A DNA stretch of 64,000 bases from Octopus bimaculoides (Eukaryota). The notes under the pieces were generated by a model that was given only the letters and a program-made list of their open reading frames with translations, had not been told where the DNA came from and did not search any database. The DNA lies in contig NC_068987.1 of assembly GCF_001194135.2 (NCBI RefSeq), forward strand, positions 79,411,482 to 79,475,481, read 5' to 3'. Made by a program: the position numbers and the translations under genes. The stretch's first letter is position 1, and each line of letters starts with the position of its first letter. Shown in pieces: positions 41,966 to 55,245 of the stretch.

Positions 41966-42398
41966 GATTTTTTTTCTCTCTTTCTCACTCACTTTCTCTC
42001 TCTCTCTCTCTCTCTCCCTCTCTCTCTCTACACACACACATGCACACATACATAAAGAGATATATAGAGAGAGATAAAGTGAAAGAGAGAGAGAGAGAGA
42101 GAGAGAGGCAAACAGACAGACAGACAGAGAGTATGTTTGCATTAAAGATTATTTATTGTAACAAATCACAGCTCTAAATTTAAACTACTTTTCCCACATT
42201 ACATAAGCGAAGTTCAGCTCAAGCAACGTAGTTCAGTTCAAGCATCGTACGCACACGTTTACTGTAGCGTACACACCTAATCCGTTACTTATTATCTCTA
42301 AAATTATAGTTCTTATTTTATTTGGAATTTCTATCCTACAATAAGAGTAACCAGTAACTGAAGGAGACAATATGCATTTTGTTACCCTCAATTTTACA

Positions 42399-42429
<31 letters not shown>

Positions 42430-42431
42430 TG

Positions 42432-42485
<54 letters not shown>

Positions 42486-42645
42486 GTAGATATATATATA
42501 TATAGATAGATAGATAGATAGATAGACAGACAGATAGGGCTTTATATATCGGTGTGTTGTTCCTCAAAATTCTGAAGATAATTTGTATTTTGCCATGTTA
42601 AAATACGGTATTCCCGTCTGAAACTCTACTCTTAAACATTCTAAT

Positions 42646-42860
42646 CTCTCTCTCCCCTTTCTCTCTCACACTACTCTCTCTCTCTCTCCCTCACTGGTTC
42701 TTTCTATTTCTCCCCTCTCTCCCCTTTCTCTCTCGCACTACTCTTTCTCTCTCTCTCCCTCACTGGTTCTTTCTATTTCTCCCCTATCTCCTCTTTCTCT
42801 CTCACACTACTCTCTCTCTCTCTCTCTCTCCCTCACTGGTTCTTTCTATTTCTCCCCTCT
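42646..42860 (+). repeat. Pyrimidine-rich minisatellite, 3 units of about 67-73 bp
   Basis: CACTGGTTCTTTCTATTTCTCCCCT recurs at 42692, 42761 and 42834; units differ mainly in (CT)n length. Confidence 0.9.
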
Positions 42861-43417
42861 CTCACTCACTCTCTCATACTATTCTCTCTCTCTTTTTCTT
42901 TTTCGTTTTCTTTTTTCACTACTTACATAAATACACCGGTTTGGTTTTCCCCTGCCTTAACATACTGTACACTATATTACAACAACAGCAACAGCTCATT
43001 TATCCAGTAAAATCAATAAAATATGGATATGATTCATGGATTTCCTACTGCTAAACATATTCCTTTCAGAATGGCATTTTTTTTTTCTAATATTTAAAAA
43101 TATCCTTCACTAGTAGGTGGTATTTCTGATTTCCATTCTTATTGTTGGTGAGCTATGGTTGAGGATAATGATTTTTTTATTAAGTGAGTATTTGTTGGTG
43201 TTTGGAATATTTCAATGCTGCAGGAACGGATAAATTTACGTCAGATTACGTTGCGTTTAGCGTTTATTTTTATACTCATTCTTCGTTATTTATTTATTTA
43301 TTTCATTTTTATCTCATTTTCTAATGTGAAATGTTTTGCTTTTCTTTGCTTATAAGAAAGATTGGTTCACCATTTTTAAAACAAATTCATTATGTATAAT
43401 CGAATTAATTAGGTTAG

Positions 43418-43560
43418 ATGGCAAAGAGGCAGAGTGGTTAGACATAAGTCAAATTGCTTTCTGCAACGTATTCCGGCTGTTTCTAATTTGTGTTCAAACA
43501 CCGCGGAGTTTAACTTTGTTTCTCTGCCTTTTGGGTCGATAAAATGAAGTCGCCAGCTCG
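43418..43560 (+). mobile_element. Diverged Deu/Nin-like SINE
   Basis: GGCAGAGTGGTTAG...GTGTTCAAACACCGCGGAG...TTTGGGTCGATAAAATGAAG. Confidence 0.65.
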
Positions 43561-43961
43561 GATAGGTGGCGGTTAGTAGATTTAGTCTGATGACTGGTTT
43601 AAAAAAACACTTAGGCGCCTTCAGCGAAGTTCACCCTGTTGTGAGCATTGCGCAAGTTTCTCGGAGACCGTGAAGATAGAGAGAGTCGTGGAACTTACCC
43701 TTCCCTCTCTAAAGCCATCACCACTTCTAATTATTCGAGCAAAATACTCCAGAGTTCAATGCTTACTTAAAGTACCCCACTTTCATAAAAAATATATTGC
43801 GTTCAAGACTGTTCAAGCGGGGAAAACATGTCGAAACACGTCGTTTCTTAAAGACATTTTTTTCTCTTTCAACTCTTTGAGAGGATTTGATCTCAAGCTG
43901 TTCACGTTACTACGTTTACTTCTTTTATTCCACATCATCCCATGATCCACTTCCGCCATCG

Positions 43962-44106
43962 CTTCTCTTCCTTCTTCTTCTTCTTCTTCTTCTTCTTCTT
44001 CTTCTTCTTCTTCTTCTTCTTCTTCTTCTTCTTCTTCTTCTTTCTTTCTTTCTTTCTTTCTTTCCTTGTTTCTTTATTTCATTCTTTCTTTCTTTCCATC
44101 TTTCTC

Positions 44107-44159
<53 letters not shown>

Positions 44160-44497
44160 TTCTTTTTCTTCTTCTTCTACTTCTTTTTCTTCTACTTCTT
44201 CTTCGTTTTCGTTTTCTTTTTTTCCTTCTTTCTTTCTTTCTTTCTTTCTTTCTTTCCTTCTTGTTTTCTTTCTTTCCTTCTTTCTTTCTTTCTTTCTTCT
44301 TCTTCTTCTTCTTCTTCGTTTTCGTTTTCTTTCTTTCCTTCTTTCTTTCTTTCTTTCTTTCTTTCCTTCTTATTTTCTTTCTTTCCTTCTTATTTTCTTT
44401 CTTTCCTTCTTTCTTTCTTTCCTTCTTTCTTTCTTCTTCTTCTTCTTCTTCTTCTTCTTCTTCTTCTTCTTCTTCTTCTTCTTCTTCTTCTTCTTCT
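43962..44497. repeat. (CTT)n/(CTTT)n polypyrimidine tract
   Basis: Direct reading; about 535 bp with few purines. Confidence 0.97.
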
Positions 44498-45126
44498 CCA
44501 CCACCACCTCCTTCTTCGTAGGCCATCAAAAAGCAGACCACGTCAAGTGTTTTAAGTGTATATGTCGGTGTGTGCCTGCTTATGGTTGTTTCGTCCGTCC
44601 GTGCGTGCATACGTGTATGAGTGTGCGTACACTTATGCGTGTATGCATGTGTGCGTGTGCATGTGCGTGTGTGTGTATACGTACGTGTGAGTGTTGTTTA
44701 CTTTACTAAACGTTTTCTTGTCACCAGATTCTCACCAGTGATGTTGGTGTCTGTCAGGAAGAAAGCATTTCTTAAACAGCAAATTACATTTGCCATAGCT
44801 TAGATCCCTTTTTACCATCGCCATCCTTGTTAGCTGATCAAAGAGAATAGCCGTATCACGCCTGCAGACCGGAGATAGACTCACTGTTCAATCACTTGCA
44901 CTGACCGAGCGGTAATTAGAATAAATACACACATTAGTGACGAAAGAGTAGCCAGTCACCCTTTTTCTTCGTGTTCTTTTTCTTATTACACCATAATCCC
45001 TACCATCGTTTTAGCAGTCTTTACAAGATTCACCATTATCCCGCTTCCATCTTAAGATTTTTTCTTTTAGTTTGTTTCAGTTCAAGAAAGAAAGAGATGA
45101 TAAAAATCACAGACACACACTTTGAT

Positions 45127-45185
<59 letters not shown>

Positions 45186-46502
45186 CATATATATATACAC
45201 ACACANNNNNNNNNNNNNNNNATATATATATATATATATATGTATATATATGTATATATATATATGTATATGTATGTATGTATGTATACACGACACACAT
45301 ACATTGATGTATACAAATAAACGCACACTTAGAAACTGGTTTATATATCTAAACTTCTATAACAGAAAACGCATGGCTGTATATATGTATCAATGTATGC
45401 TTGTACGTAAGTACTCATATACACGCACTCATACGCACGCACATATATATATATACACAATGAAAGAGAGAGCGAGAGAGAGAGAGCGAGAGCATGAGAG
45501 AGGGAGAGAGAGAGAGACATAGATAGATACATACATACATATTTACAGAAAATATGGAACGCGCACACAAAGATCACAGCTAGGATATAATAAACAAATA
45601 AACAAACAAATATATAGGTGTGTGTGTGTGTGGGTGTGTGTGTGTGTCTGTGTGTGTTGTTGCTTGGCTATACTTCGATAGAAATAAATGCATAGACACA
45701 TACACGAGTATATTACGCACACAAACACAAACACATACACAACGCAAACGTACAGTAATAGACACAGAGATGTGCGCGTGTACACCCTCATCCACATTCA
45801 CATACACTCTCGCGCCCCCACTGACTCTAATTGTGCCACTCTAGTGCATTCAGTCATACATAACACACCGGATTTGTCAAGTTTCTTTATACTTTTGCGA
45901 GATCACTTACTTCTTTTCGAGCCTATTAACTGATCACACGCATTGTCTCGTCACTCTTTAACAACTCCGTGTCGTACATGAAATACGTATTTTCTAACTC
46001 CACCACCTCCACATCACCACTCGCCGCCAACACTACAATACATATACATACACACTAAAACCATAATAAAATAGCCGATCTCATTCCCCCTTCCTCTCCT
46101 AACTGATGGCCACTCAGGCACCTCACTTTCGAGCCTCTGAGTACGATCATCTTGCTTTTCACACTTATCTGACGTTTACCTTTCGTACTTGACCTTTTGC
46201 GCTGCAAATTTTCTACCTTCTTCTTGTACAGAAATAAAACCTTTATCGCTGTATTTCTGGAAAGTCATTTTGGCAACAAAATTACACGCCGTGTTTGTAT
46301 TTCACATCGTAATTACTCGTTAAAATTTCTATGTGCGTTTTTAATTGAAAAATAATTTCTAAAAATATTGTAATATCATACAGTCATATTGTAATATCAT
46401 ATGATTCTGTCCTCAGAATGATTTACATTCTTTTTCATAAGCTTTATGGAAAGTCTTCCTTCTATGAGCAAGTCCTTATAAATAAAATGTTAGGATATAC
46501 AT

Positions 46503-46697
46503 TTCATCTCTTACTTGTTTCGGTCATTAGATTGCGGCCAGGCTTGGGCACCATGCTGAAGAGCTGTAATATAAACAAATCAATACAATTATTTTTAAAA
46601 CGAACAATTATCGGTAAAGCTCTAAGATACGGGATCGTAAACAAACTTAATGTAGGTTGGGTACAAACACTAATACGAAACACATGCACATAGATGC

Positions 46698-46735
<38 letters not shown>

Positions 46736-46903
46736 AAGTGTGTATGTGTGTGCGTGTGTTTCCACTGACCAGAATTGCTCGCCAGGTTTTGTTGGGCCTG
46801 TACTATAATTGAAGGCACTTTGCCATAGGGCCGTGCCGTGGGACTAAGACCGAAACCTCGTAGATATAAAGTGGGCGTCTTAACCACACAGCCATACTTG
46901 CGC
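46503..46903 (-). mobile_element. Diverged CORE-like SINE copy
   Basis: CTCTTACTTGTTTCGGTCATTAGATTGCGGCC at the left end, internal (TA)(TG)n, and GGGACTAAGACC...TTAACCACACAGCCATACTTGCGC at the right end mirror 24465-24921. Confidence 0.7.
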
Positions 46904-47268
46904 TTGTCAAGTGAATGTAAACAAACGTTGCAAGCATTTCTCTTCACACCAAACTTGACACGAACAGGGCTGTGCTTCTTATCCTGGGGTTCACAAATAA
47001 AGTATTGGAAGATCTTGAGTTTCGTTTCAGGAAATCGACCAAAGACAATCGTGAGAGACACGGGAAAATAATTTCAATATAAGGGGTCCTTTGTAGTTGA
47101 AATGTTAGAAACCATTGGTGTAGAAGATCGAACCACCTCGTAGTCGACTTTGCTTTTTATCCGTGCTAAGTTCATGAAACTGAATACCGGTTATGAACTG
47201 GGGTCGACACTTCTGATTTTACAGTACCTGCTAAAATTCTGCACTTAAGCTAGAATCTATTGCTGCAT

Positions 47269-47269
<1 letters not shown>

Positions 47270-47307
<38 letters not shown>

Positions 47308-47337
47308 GTAGTAGTGCTGCTGCTGCTGCTGCTGCTG

Positions 47338-47401
<64 letters not shown>

Positions 47402-47480
47402 CACCATCACGATCACTACCACCACCACCACCACCACTACTACTACTACCACCACCACTACCACCATCACGACCACTGCC
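47270..47480. repeat. Compound (CTA)n/(CTG)n/(CCA)n trinucleotide array
   Basis: Direct reading. Confidence 0.95.
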
Positions 47481-49675
47481 NNNNNNNNNNNNNNNNNNNN
47501 NNNNNNNNNNNNNNNNNNNNNNNNNNNNNNNNNNNNNNNNNNNNNNNNNNNNNNNNNNNNNNNNNNNNNNNNNNNNNNNNNNNNNNNNNNNNNNNNNNNN
47601 NNNNNNNNNNNNNNNNNNNNNNNNNNNNNNNNNNNNNNNNNNNNNNNNNNNNNNNNNNNNNNNNNNNNNNNNNNNNNNNNNNNNNNNNNNNNNNNNNNNN
47701 NNNNNNNNNNNNNNNNNNNNNNNNNNNNNNNNNNNNNNNNNNNNNNNNNNNNNNNNNNNNNNNNNNNNNNNNNNNNNNNNNNNNNNNNNNNNNNNNNNNN
47801 NNNNNNNNNNNNNNNNNNNNNNNNNNNNNNNNNNNNNNNNNNNNNNNNNNNNNNNNNNNNNNNNNNNNNNNNNNNNNNNNNNNNNNNNNNNNNNNNNNNN
47901 NNNNNNNNNNNNNNNNNNNNNNNNNNNNNNNNNNNNNNNNNNNNNNNNNNNNNNNNNNNNNNATATATATATATATATATATATAAATACACATGCACTA
48001 CATTTCCACACACGCACACAAACACACACATATACCTGTTATAAGCTATATGAAAGTAAGCATGTGTGCGTGCATATATATATATATACACACATTAACA
48101 CTTATACATGTTCACACACATACATATATATATACATACATACGTACCTACGTACTCGTCTACCTTATGCTCAGTATGTGTGTTTATATATATGTAGATA
48201 ATGTCAAAAAAAAAAAAAGCAAAAAAGCAAACACGCTCACTTAGCTTGTGTTGCTTTATCGCGCAATCTTTAAATTATCCCTATTGTCTTCCATTGTCTT
48301 ATTTCGTCTGAAATATTTCGAATCACGTTAGCTTCTTCTTTACTATCTATCTTCAACATTTCTCTTTTAGAAATCAATTTTTACTTTTTCCACAATTTTG
48401 CTTCCTATCGTCTTTTTAAATTGCAGTTCAACGATTTCTTATTACTGTTTTTATTTTTTTGTTGTTAACAAATTTAATTCTTTACTTTTTTTTTTATTAA
48501 TTTTATTTTTGTGAAATTTCAATTTACTGTAAGTCGAGTAATAGCCACCACCACCACCAGAAACATATGTAATCGTTTTGCTAATCATGTAATAAGCAGG
48601 ATAGCTTCCTCAGCTATTGTTTAAATGATTGCTCATATTTGAAATGACAGCCACGGGATTACTTAGAGATGCTGCTGTCGAAAACAAAGATGACTGCTTC
48701 ACTTCATGCAAAATCAAGTCGGCTATTATCAATGTTAGAACACCGCCGCCATCTTTTTCTAGTTTCTTAGCGCCTAGCTCGTTTTATAGCAGCGGTCCTT
48801 TTAATGATTAAAACGTGTCGGAAATGAACGCTATTGTCGTGGAAGCGCTTTGATATCGTCTTATGCATAAAGCCGCGCTTAATTGTTGAGTGGGGTCGCT
48901 AAAGAAAATTGAACAACAACAAAGGTTAGAGTTTGGCTCAAATATGTTTCACCTCCGTCAAACCTACATCATTAGCTACATCTTATTTCTTATGAGATTA
49001 AAGTCAACAATTAAAACTACACCGATATCGAGAGTAAATCGTGTTTTCATCTTCTAGAATATTTTCCTGCATGCATGCTAAATGAACACAAGCAGAAATT
49101 TTGAAATATTATAGCGATACCAATGTTTTATATGTTTGTTTATATTACCACTTCTGTTACATGCATTTTAGGTAGACATGCAATTATATGTTTAAACAAC
49201 ATACTATAATTGCAGCAATGCTTTGCTTTTTAATCGCCATTCAGACACAAATCAAATGTCAGATATTTATATTGCCTTGCATGAAATTGTGAGCAAAAGC
49301 TTTCACATATAAAAATGAATACTCTTCATCTTCATGCATGCACAAACTATTTACAATAAATATTATCAAACATTATTTACCTAAAAACGTACTGTACAAT
49401 AAAATATTATTAATTGGAGCCTATGAAATAAGGTCTACGCGTTGAAGGAAATACAAGTTAAATTTCTTTCTAATAATTGTTTTTAGTATTTTATGCAAAG
49501 ATAGAAGATATTGGATGATATATTCTTTCGAGGAAGGGTGGTCGTAACTGGAGTGGCTTTGATCGAGAAACTACAAGGTCAAAGTTAGTCGACCTCGGGC
49601 AAAAATATAACACTAACGATAATCCTTATTCTTACTAAGGGAAATAATACTTCCCCGAAAAACATTATGAATGGC

Positions 49676-49711
<36 letters not shown>

Positions 49712-50270
49712 NNNNNNNNNNNNNNNNNNNNNNNNNNNNNNNNNNNNNNNNNNNNNNNNNNNNNNNNNNNNNNNNNNNNNNNNNNNNNNNNNNNNNNNNN
49801 NNNNNNNNNNNNNNNNNNNNNNNNNNNNNNNNNNNNNNNNNNNNNNNNNNNNNNNNNNNNNNNNNNNNNNNNNNNNNNNNNNNNNNNNNNNNNNNNNNNN
49901 NNNNNNNNNNNNNNNNNNNNNNNNNNNNNNNNNNNNNNNNNNNNNNNNNNNNNNNNNNNNNNNNNNNNNNNNNNNNNNNNNNNNNNNNNNNNNNNNNNNN
50001 NNNNNNNNNNNNNNNNNNNNNNNNNNNNNNNNNNNNNNNNNNNNNNNNNNNNNNNNNNNNNNNNNNNNNNNNNNNNNNNNNNNNNNNNNNNNNNNNNNNN
50101 NNNNNNNNNNNNNNNNNNNNNNNNNNNNNNNNNNNNNNNNNNNNNNNNNNNNNNNNNNNNNNNNNNNNNNNNNNNNNNNNNNNNNNNNNNNNNNNNNNNN
50201 NTCATACTAATATATACTTTTGTTATTTACACCACCTGTCCTCGTCTGTTGTTATTATTTGTATATTCTC

Positions 50271-50327
<57 letters not shown>

Positions 50328-50781
50328 TACACCCGCATACAAACATAAACATCATTCATTTCAAAGAATGTTTTCTTGCATTCTCTCCCGGCAGCTCATG
50401 CGGTGACATTGAGTGTTCAGCCAAGGTACCGGGCACTCGTTTAGTTATTCTAAAGCACACGACTAATTTAAACGGACACAGAAGACAGGACTTGAACTCA
50501 AGGATGAATACGTCGTAACGCATGCCTCAGCATATTCTGTCACAGACACTGGCAACACCGCCATTTTGATACCTTTAACAAGCATCGGCTCATGTCTTAC
50601 TTTATAGATGCTTTTATACATATATATTTGTGCATCCTCCTTCGTTTTATACATATAAATAAATGAGGATCTCCCTTCGAAGATGAGGTGTGAGTGTTCA
50701 ATCTTTTAGTGAATGGCCTGCACAAATGATTTTTTAAAAATTGTATCAAATGTATCTGATATACAATAGTTCACATTCACT

Positions 50782-50966
50782 ATCGAATCGACATTGTGTC
50801 TACAGGTGTATTAGTACCCCACACGATAGTTATCGACGTGATCGAAGAGCAAGATGAAAGGACGTATTTTGCTCAAGAACACATTGCACAGCCAGGTCTG
50901 GCCATCGAACCTACGATCCACTGATCGTGTGTGCAACACCTCAATCAGTAGGCCATGTGTCTTCAC
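50782..50966 (-). mobile_element. Diverged copy of the Meta-like SINE family
   Basis: TTGCTCAAGAACACATTGCACAGCCAGGTC...TCGAAC...GGCCATGTGTCTTCAC parallels 57230-57327; the left boundary is approximate. Confidence 0.65.
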
Positions 50967-52480
50967 ACACACTCATACATGCATATATCTACACACACAC
51001 ACATATGTATATGCACACATATATGCATTCGAGCACATATAGACACACACGCATAGGTTAATAATATTCGTACAGATATCTTCTTGCTGATCAATCATTA
51101 AAGGTTCTGTTCAGATAACATAGCAATGTTGTAATGAAAATGGTGCTAAAAATACAGAATTTTAATGGTCTATCATGTAAAAATATTTTGGAATTTGGTA
51201 TTTGAAAACCATTGGAAAAAGAACCTAACAACAATAAAAACGAAACAAAATACAAAATAAAAAATTATCGAAACAAAAAAAAAATAAGGTCTGTATAATA
51301 TTCTCAATTGTATTAATATATGTTCGGCGAATAACGTCTGCTTAAGTAGTTCGCTTTTGACCCTGGCTCACGAGTGCTCTGCATTTTCCAGTTTTTCCTT
51401 GTTATTCCATGCGAATGCCTGATTGAGCTTTGCAAATCATCGCCTTCCTCTGCCAACTCTACCATCCTTTCACACTATTCCTGGTTTATGACACTTAATT
51501 GCATGAGCGTTGTTTCTGTAGTAATGGCTGCCTGTTGTCACTGCAAATGGCGACCAGTCATTGTCTCTGAGTGGATTATTTTAATGGTTGTTCAGTGGAG
51601 CGATGCTACTCCACTCTGGCGAGTTGTCACTCAACGCGAAAATCTCACTATAATGCTAGGTAATCAACCATTGAAAATTATTGATGCATGCAGTACTTAC
51701 CTGGACAGAGTGCAGAAAATGTCACCTGCCGCTCTTACACGAGCCAGCCAATGATTCGGCAATACAACGAAGCGACGAGAAGGGAAATTGAAGACGTGGA
51801 AATCAAAAAGTACAACTTAGAGATTAGAGTATAGATTGTTAGAACAATCTGTCAAGAAAATAGTGTGAATGGATCTGATATGTCAACAAGCTGTGAGACT
51901 AGCTATTCTTGAACGTAAAGAACGTTGTGTACATGGCTAAGTGTGGTTGATGTGTGTTAGTTATTTGCTCCGACGGCATATTGTTTGCATTTAATAACGC
52001 ATGCAAATTGCTCCGCAGAAGAAAATCTTAATCCGATGCAGTAAATAAGCTAATAATACAATTGAAACAGATAAGTTCATGACACTATGCAATTATATCT
52101 GCATAATATATATGTATATATATATATATATATATNNNNNNNNNNNNNNNNNNNNNNNNNNNNNNNNNNNNNNNNNNNNNNNNNNNNNNNNNNNNNNNNN
52201 NNNNNNNNNNNNNNNNNNNNNNNNNNNNNNNNNNNNNNNNNNNNNNNNNNNNNNNNNNNNNNNNNNNNNNNNNNNNNNNNNNNNNNNNNNNNNNNNNNNN
52301 NNNNNNNNNNNNNNNNNNNNNNNNNNNNNNNNNNNNNNNNNNNNNNNNNNNNNNNNNNNNNNNNNNNNNNNNNNNNNNNNNNNNNNNNNNNNNNNNNNNN
52401 NNNNNNNNNNNNNNNNNNNNNNNNNNNNNNNNNNNNNNNNNNNNNNNNNGATGATAATACTACTAATAATAAATATTTTA

Positions 52481-52589
52481 AATTTTGGTACAAAGCCAGC
52501 AATTTTAGTGGCAGTGGATTCGTCGATTACATTGACCTTAGTACTAAGCTAGTACTTTATTTTAGCGACACCGAAAGGTCGACCTTGGA

Positions 52590-52590
<1 letters not shown>
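52481..52590 (-). mobile_element. 3' part of a Deu/Nin-like SINE
   Basis: TTTGGTACAAAGCCAGCAATTTT...GTCGATTACATTGACC...AGTACTTTATTTTAGCGACACCGAAAGG is the reverse complement of the family 3' end. Confidence 0.75.
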
Positions 52591-52668
<78 letters not shown>

Positions 52669-54151
52669 GTGTTTTAAAGTAAATTTTGAAAGTGAAGCTA
52701 TCAACACTGCAAAGTATCAAATAATTGCGGCTGCCTTGATTTTCTGTTTCATTATCAACATATATTTATGAGCAGCTTATTAATCAGAAGAATTATGCTT
52801 CAATAAAATAAATACCGTTTATATGGCATTACATAATTTGTCACCATCAACAATATTTCTTATGAAATAGTCAACGATGTTATATACAGATCTACATGCT
52901 AGCTTCCATTTTAATCAGAGTTCGCAAATATATCATTCTGAAAATAAATCTGTAATCAGGAATAGTCAAATGTGATATTTATATGCACATTCATTGACTG
53001 TCTTGTCCAAAGATCCAGAGATCAATTATTGTGATATAAGAACCCACATGCTATTTGTTGCATCATATATGTCTATATGTTAGACGTTACGTGTATGTTT
53101 TCAGTAAACTTGGCCCTTTTCTTTAGATACGTGTTTTATGCGTTTAAATTAAAACACTTCCTGTTGCATAATAAAATACTTTTCCTGTGAAGGAAGCCGC
53201 CTTTGTTCAACGGAATATTTATGAGGAAAATACAAATCACCTTCTTGATAGCGTATAAAACCGAAACAGTATATTCTTTATCTAAATGCGTTTCGTGTCT
53301 GCTGTGAAGATTTATTTGATTTACTCGTTCAAACAGATTTTCTATGTAACTTATTCAAGTTCCAGTCGTTACTATTAGTTTCTTTTTACTTTTATATATT
53401 CATGAAACATCATTACATCTAACAGCTATCTTCTAAGGTTAATTCCAATACATTTTCCAAATTGTATTCAGTGATAAATAGCTGCTTACATTTTCCTGAA
53501 TTAACCGGAGAAATTAGTTTTGAAACGTAAAAGAGAATTCCCAAATATATTGGTTACTAAGGTCACTCAGACGTCAGTTCTAGTCTTGCAACAAACAATT
53601 TATGTTCCTCTAAATAATAAAGAAAAAGTTTTACTTTTCCTTTGAGTATTTTCTTCATTTTCAAAAGTCACTTTCTCTAACCTTGGCGTATAAAAGCTGT
53701 AATTCATGCGGTCGGTGTTATAAATTACTGAAGATTTAACTGCTGGCTGTAACTAATCCTCGTGTAATGCTACCGTAGGTGGGCCTTTTAACGAGAGCTT
53801 TTGTCATAAAACACATCATTTATGCATTACTACGCGACGGGAATAAACCAATAATAACAAAAGACACAAGAACGAAACGTAAAGAAAGAAAGAATTACAT
53901 AAGCCATTGAAATTAGTGATTAAAAAACACTTCCATTTAATTGTCATGCTAAATTATCAAGGAACAATAATCAAATCGATATGCTTATATTTTCAATCTG
54001 AATTGTTCTTTTTGTGATTATGTTACTGGTCGTCAGTTAGCGGAAGGAATATTATTGGAGATTTATACTTCATAGAGAGAGGATATAATATGCACACACA
54101 AACAGGCAAATATGCACACACAGACACACACACGGACAGACAGCCAGACAG

Positions 54152-54216
<65 letters not shown>

Positions 54217-54707
54217 TAGACGGACAGGCAGACACACACACACATACACATATACACACACATGTATGTGTACTATAAATGGATAGATGGATAAGAAGAT
54301 AGGTAAGTAGACAGGTGAATCTAGAAAAATATCAATAAATATGCAGATAGAGATATTTCTTAATAAATATAAANNNNNNNNNNNNNNNNNNNNNNNNNNN
54401 NNNNNNNNNNNNNNNNNNNNNNNNNNNNNNNNNNNNNNNNNNNNNNNNNNNNNNNNNNNNNNNNNNNNNNNNNNNNNNNNNNNNNNNNNNNNNNNNNNNN
54501 NNAATTTACATGCTGAGGAATATATCTAATATTCATTTGAAGCTAAGATCATCCTTAACTGCAAACAGATATTTTTCAATCACTTTCGATTTCACCGACA
54601 TGTCTAACAAGGCACGCCATCTCTCCCGCTCTTTCGCTCCTTCTCTCCATATATATATATTTATATGTCTGCCTGTCGCTTTCTCTATCTCTCTTTCTTT
54701 CTGTCTT

Positions 54708-54779
<72 letters not shown>

Positions 54780-55204
54780 TATATCATATGTGAGTGTGTG
54801 TGTGTTTGTTTTTTGTGTCTCATCCAGATGTAGAATCTGTGTTGTCAAATTTAGCTGTTTGGAAATATCTGCGCTGTGTCTATTCGAATTGTTACTACTT
54901 CACGTATAAGCTTGCAGACTGTTGTATCTCTATTCAGTTTATGACCTGACAGATATAAAGGATATCCTGCTTCGTATGAATGATATTTTCTAGACAGCAT
55001 GAATATCAGTATTTATCAGATTCATAAAAGATGTAATAGAGATTCAGTTTTATATTGCCGTTGTTGCTTAGAGTAGTGTAACCTTGACTAAGCAGGAATA
55101 TGCGAGTAAAAATGTTTCAGATTCGATTATCCCGGCAATTTCTTCGCTATTTCTGGCCATGTAACGTAGTAGTGATTGTTCAGATTTAGTTATGAGTACA
55201 TACA

Positions 55205-55245
<41 letters not shown>

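Noticed and set aside
46258-46282. KVILATK resembling the AP-2 NMLLATK exon end
   Set aside because: No donor follows and the upstream frame lacks the GEA...GYVCETEFP sequence; chance match.
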